Shown here: piece after piece, positions 53,762 to 54,324 of the stretch
Numbering within the stretch: position 1 is the stretch's first letter
How the letters are laid out: every line of letters begins with the position of its first letter
Assembly: GCA_024278695.1 (NCBI GenBank)
Contig: JAJRSR010000029.1
Coordinates: forward strand, 1 to 54,324
DNA from: Planctomycetota bacterium
GTDB lineage: Bacteria > Planctomycetota > Phycisphaerae > UBA1845
Direction: 5' to 3'
Length of the DNA stretch: 54,324 nucleotides
The notes under the pieces: generated by a model
Told to the model about the DNA's origin: nothing
The model's input: the letters and a program-made list of their open reading frames with translations, nothing else
Databases searched by the model: none
Position numbers and translations under genes: made by a program

Positions 53762-53808
53762 GGGGTGCCCCATTCTTCGCCCCAAGGCGAAGGGTGGGGG
53801 ACGGACCG
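53762..53808 (+). repeat. REP-like palindromic unit, family 2 (best-preserved copy)
   Basis: GGGGTGCCCCAT-TCTTCGCC-CCAA-GGCGAAG-GGTGGGGGACGGACCG. The arms CATTCTTCGCC and GGCGAAGGGTG pair over 11 positions, including G-T pairs. Confidence 0.6.
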
Positions 53809-53923
53809 CACGACCACAATCACAATCCCGTTATGTCCCGCATGTGGCGCGGACTGTCAAGCAGTATGGCGTGGCGTTAGCTGATGGGGTGTCAGACAGA
53901 AACGGCGTTTGCTCGTGCGGACG

Positions 53924-54322
53924 CTACGGCGCGTTCGGGGTCTGTTGTTGGGCGGTGGTTAATAGGCTGTTCAACCGCGATTTGAATCCTTCAAACAGAT
54001 CGTTGAGGTCGAGGTGGTAGACCTCGCGTCGGCGACGTGCCTCGTCTTGGAGGCCCTCGGCTTGATAACGCGCGACCTCGTCCTGCATGGAGCGGGCAAG
54101 TCGGTCGGCTTGGGTTCTGACTTCCTGAAGAACGGACGCTGTAGCGTCGGACTGTGCCTCGGTGAGTTGGTATCGTTTCGAAAATGCCGCAACGTACGCT
54201 TGCCATCGGTCTGTCGTGCTCGCACCGCCACGGGCATCGACGCCAGCCGCGGCTTTGTCAGCCTTGTTGGTAATCAGGCTTTCACCGTGCCGCTTCGATA
54301 CGGAGAACGGAAACCGCTCGGC
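53924..54322 (-). CDS. 3' part of a hypothetical protein gene running off the window end (absent from the ORF track because it has no Met)
   Basis: The minus strand has a 132-codon open frame from the window edge to TAG (53926-53924): AERFPFSVSKRHGESLITNKADKAAAGVDARGG...RYQLTEAQSDATASVLQEVRTQADRLARSMQDEVARYQAEGLQDEARRRREVYHLDLNDLFEGFKSRLNSLL. Its composition is coding-like, helical and coiled-coil. The track ORF 53971..54237 is in another frame and Arg-rich. Confidence 0.5.
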   Translation of the reverse strand, partial: AERFPFSVSKRHGESLITNKADKAAAGVDARGGASTTDRWQAYVAAFSKRYQLTEAQSDATASVLQEVRTQADRLARSMQDEVARYQAEGLQDEARRRREVYHLDLNDLFEGFKSRLNSLLTTAQQQTPNAP

Positions 54323-54324
54323 CA

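Noticed and set aside
53971-54237. 88-aa minus-strand track ORF (MPVAVRARQTDGKRTLRHF...).
   Set aside because: It is Arg-rich and in a different frame from the much more coding-like open frame that runs from the window edge to the TAG at 53924. The latter is reported instead as a partial CDS.

Overview
This is a 54.3-kb, roughly 60% GC bacterial chromosomal segment, densely coding on both strands. I support about 42 protein genes. I recognised no rRNA, tRNA, CRISPR array, transposase, integrase or phage genes.

Taxon (inference only): several protein architectures suggest Planctomycetota, Phycisphaerae-like. These are a 1180-aa TPR lipoprotein, a 1385-aa exoprotein with BNR, Cys-rich, TSP3 and dockerin-like modules, a CxxCGYNLTG zinc-ribbon protein, and an IPTL-CTERM-like tail.

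Gene order:
- nusA-infB-(Zn-ribbon/TM/PEGA-like protein)-DUF503-rbfA, then an HhH-like protein, the TPR lipoprotein and yebC.
- The giant exoprotein on the minus strand.
- mntR divergent from a tro/sit-type metal ABC operon in which both permeases carry C-terminal DtxR-like domains.
- A minus-strand block: ABC-F ATPase, Kdo/WaaP-family kinase, GT1 glycosyltransferase, MsbA-like exporter with a large periplasmic insertion, and an AAA+ ATPase.
- Cyclophilin, selD, thiolase, a small Zn-ribbon protein, a GT-C-like membrane protein, a VOC protein, an AP-superfamily phosphodiesterase, a TrmA/RlmD-type methyltransferase and mutL.
- A TIM-barrel protein, a lipoprotein, a POT transporter, a deaminase, the IPTL-CTERM-like protein, ygiQ, a small Cys/Lys-rich lipoprotein, an EndoIII-related protein, a CPBP protease, a WecA/MraY-family transferase and serS.

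Main observations:
1. selD is a selenoprotein gene. An in-frame UGA at the catalytic Cys position caused the ORF track to truncate it.
2. serS carries a single in-frame TAA.
3. Two related families of about 40-nt REP/REPIN-like palindromic repeats populate intergenic regions. They share G-rich flanks, and the central hairpin shows compensatory changes between copies.
4. Two diverged copies of a roughly 200-300-nt low-GC noncoding element lie downstream of two unrelated genes.
5. The metal-uptake locus has three DtxR-type modules and an AT-rich palindromic operator candidate.
6. Several genes have -10 boxes 6-9 nt from the ATG, consistent with leaderless mRNAs.

I did not find a clear multi-gene novel system such as a defence island. 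All homology statements come from motif recognition by eye and need database confirmation.
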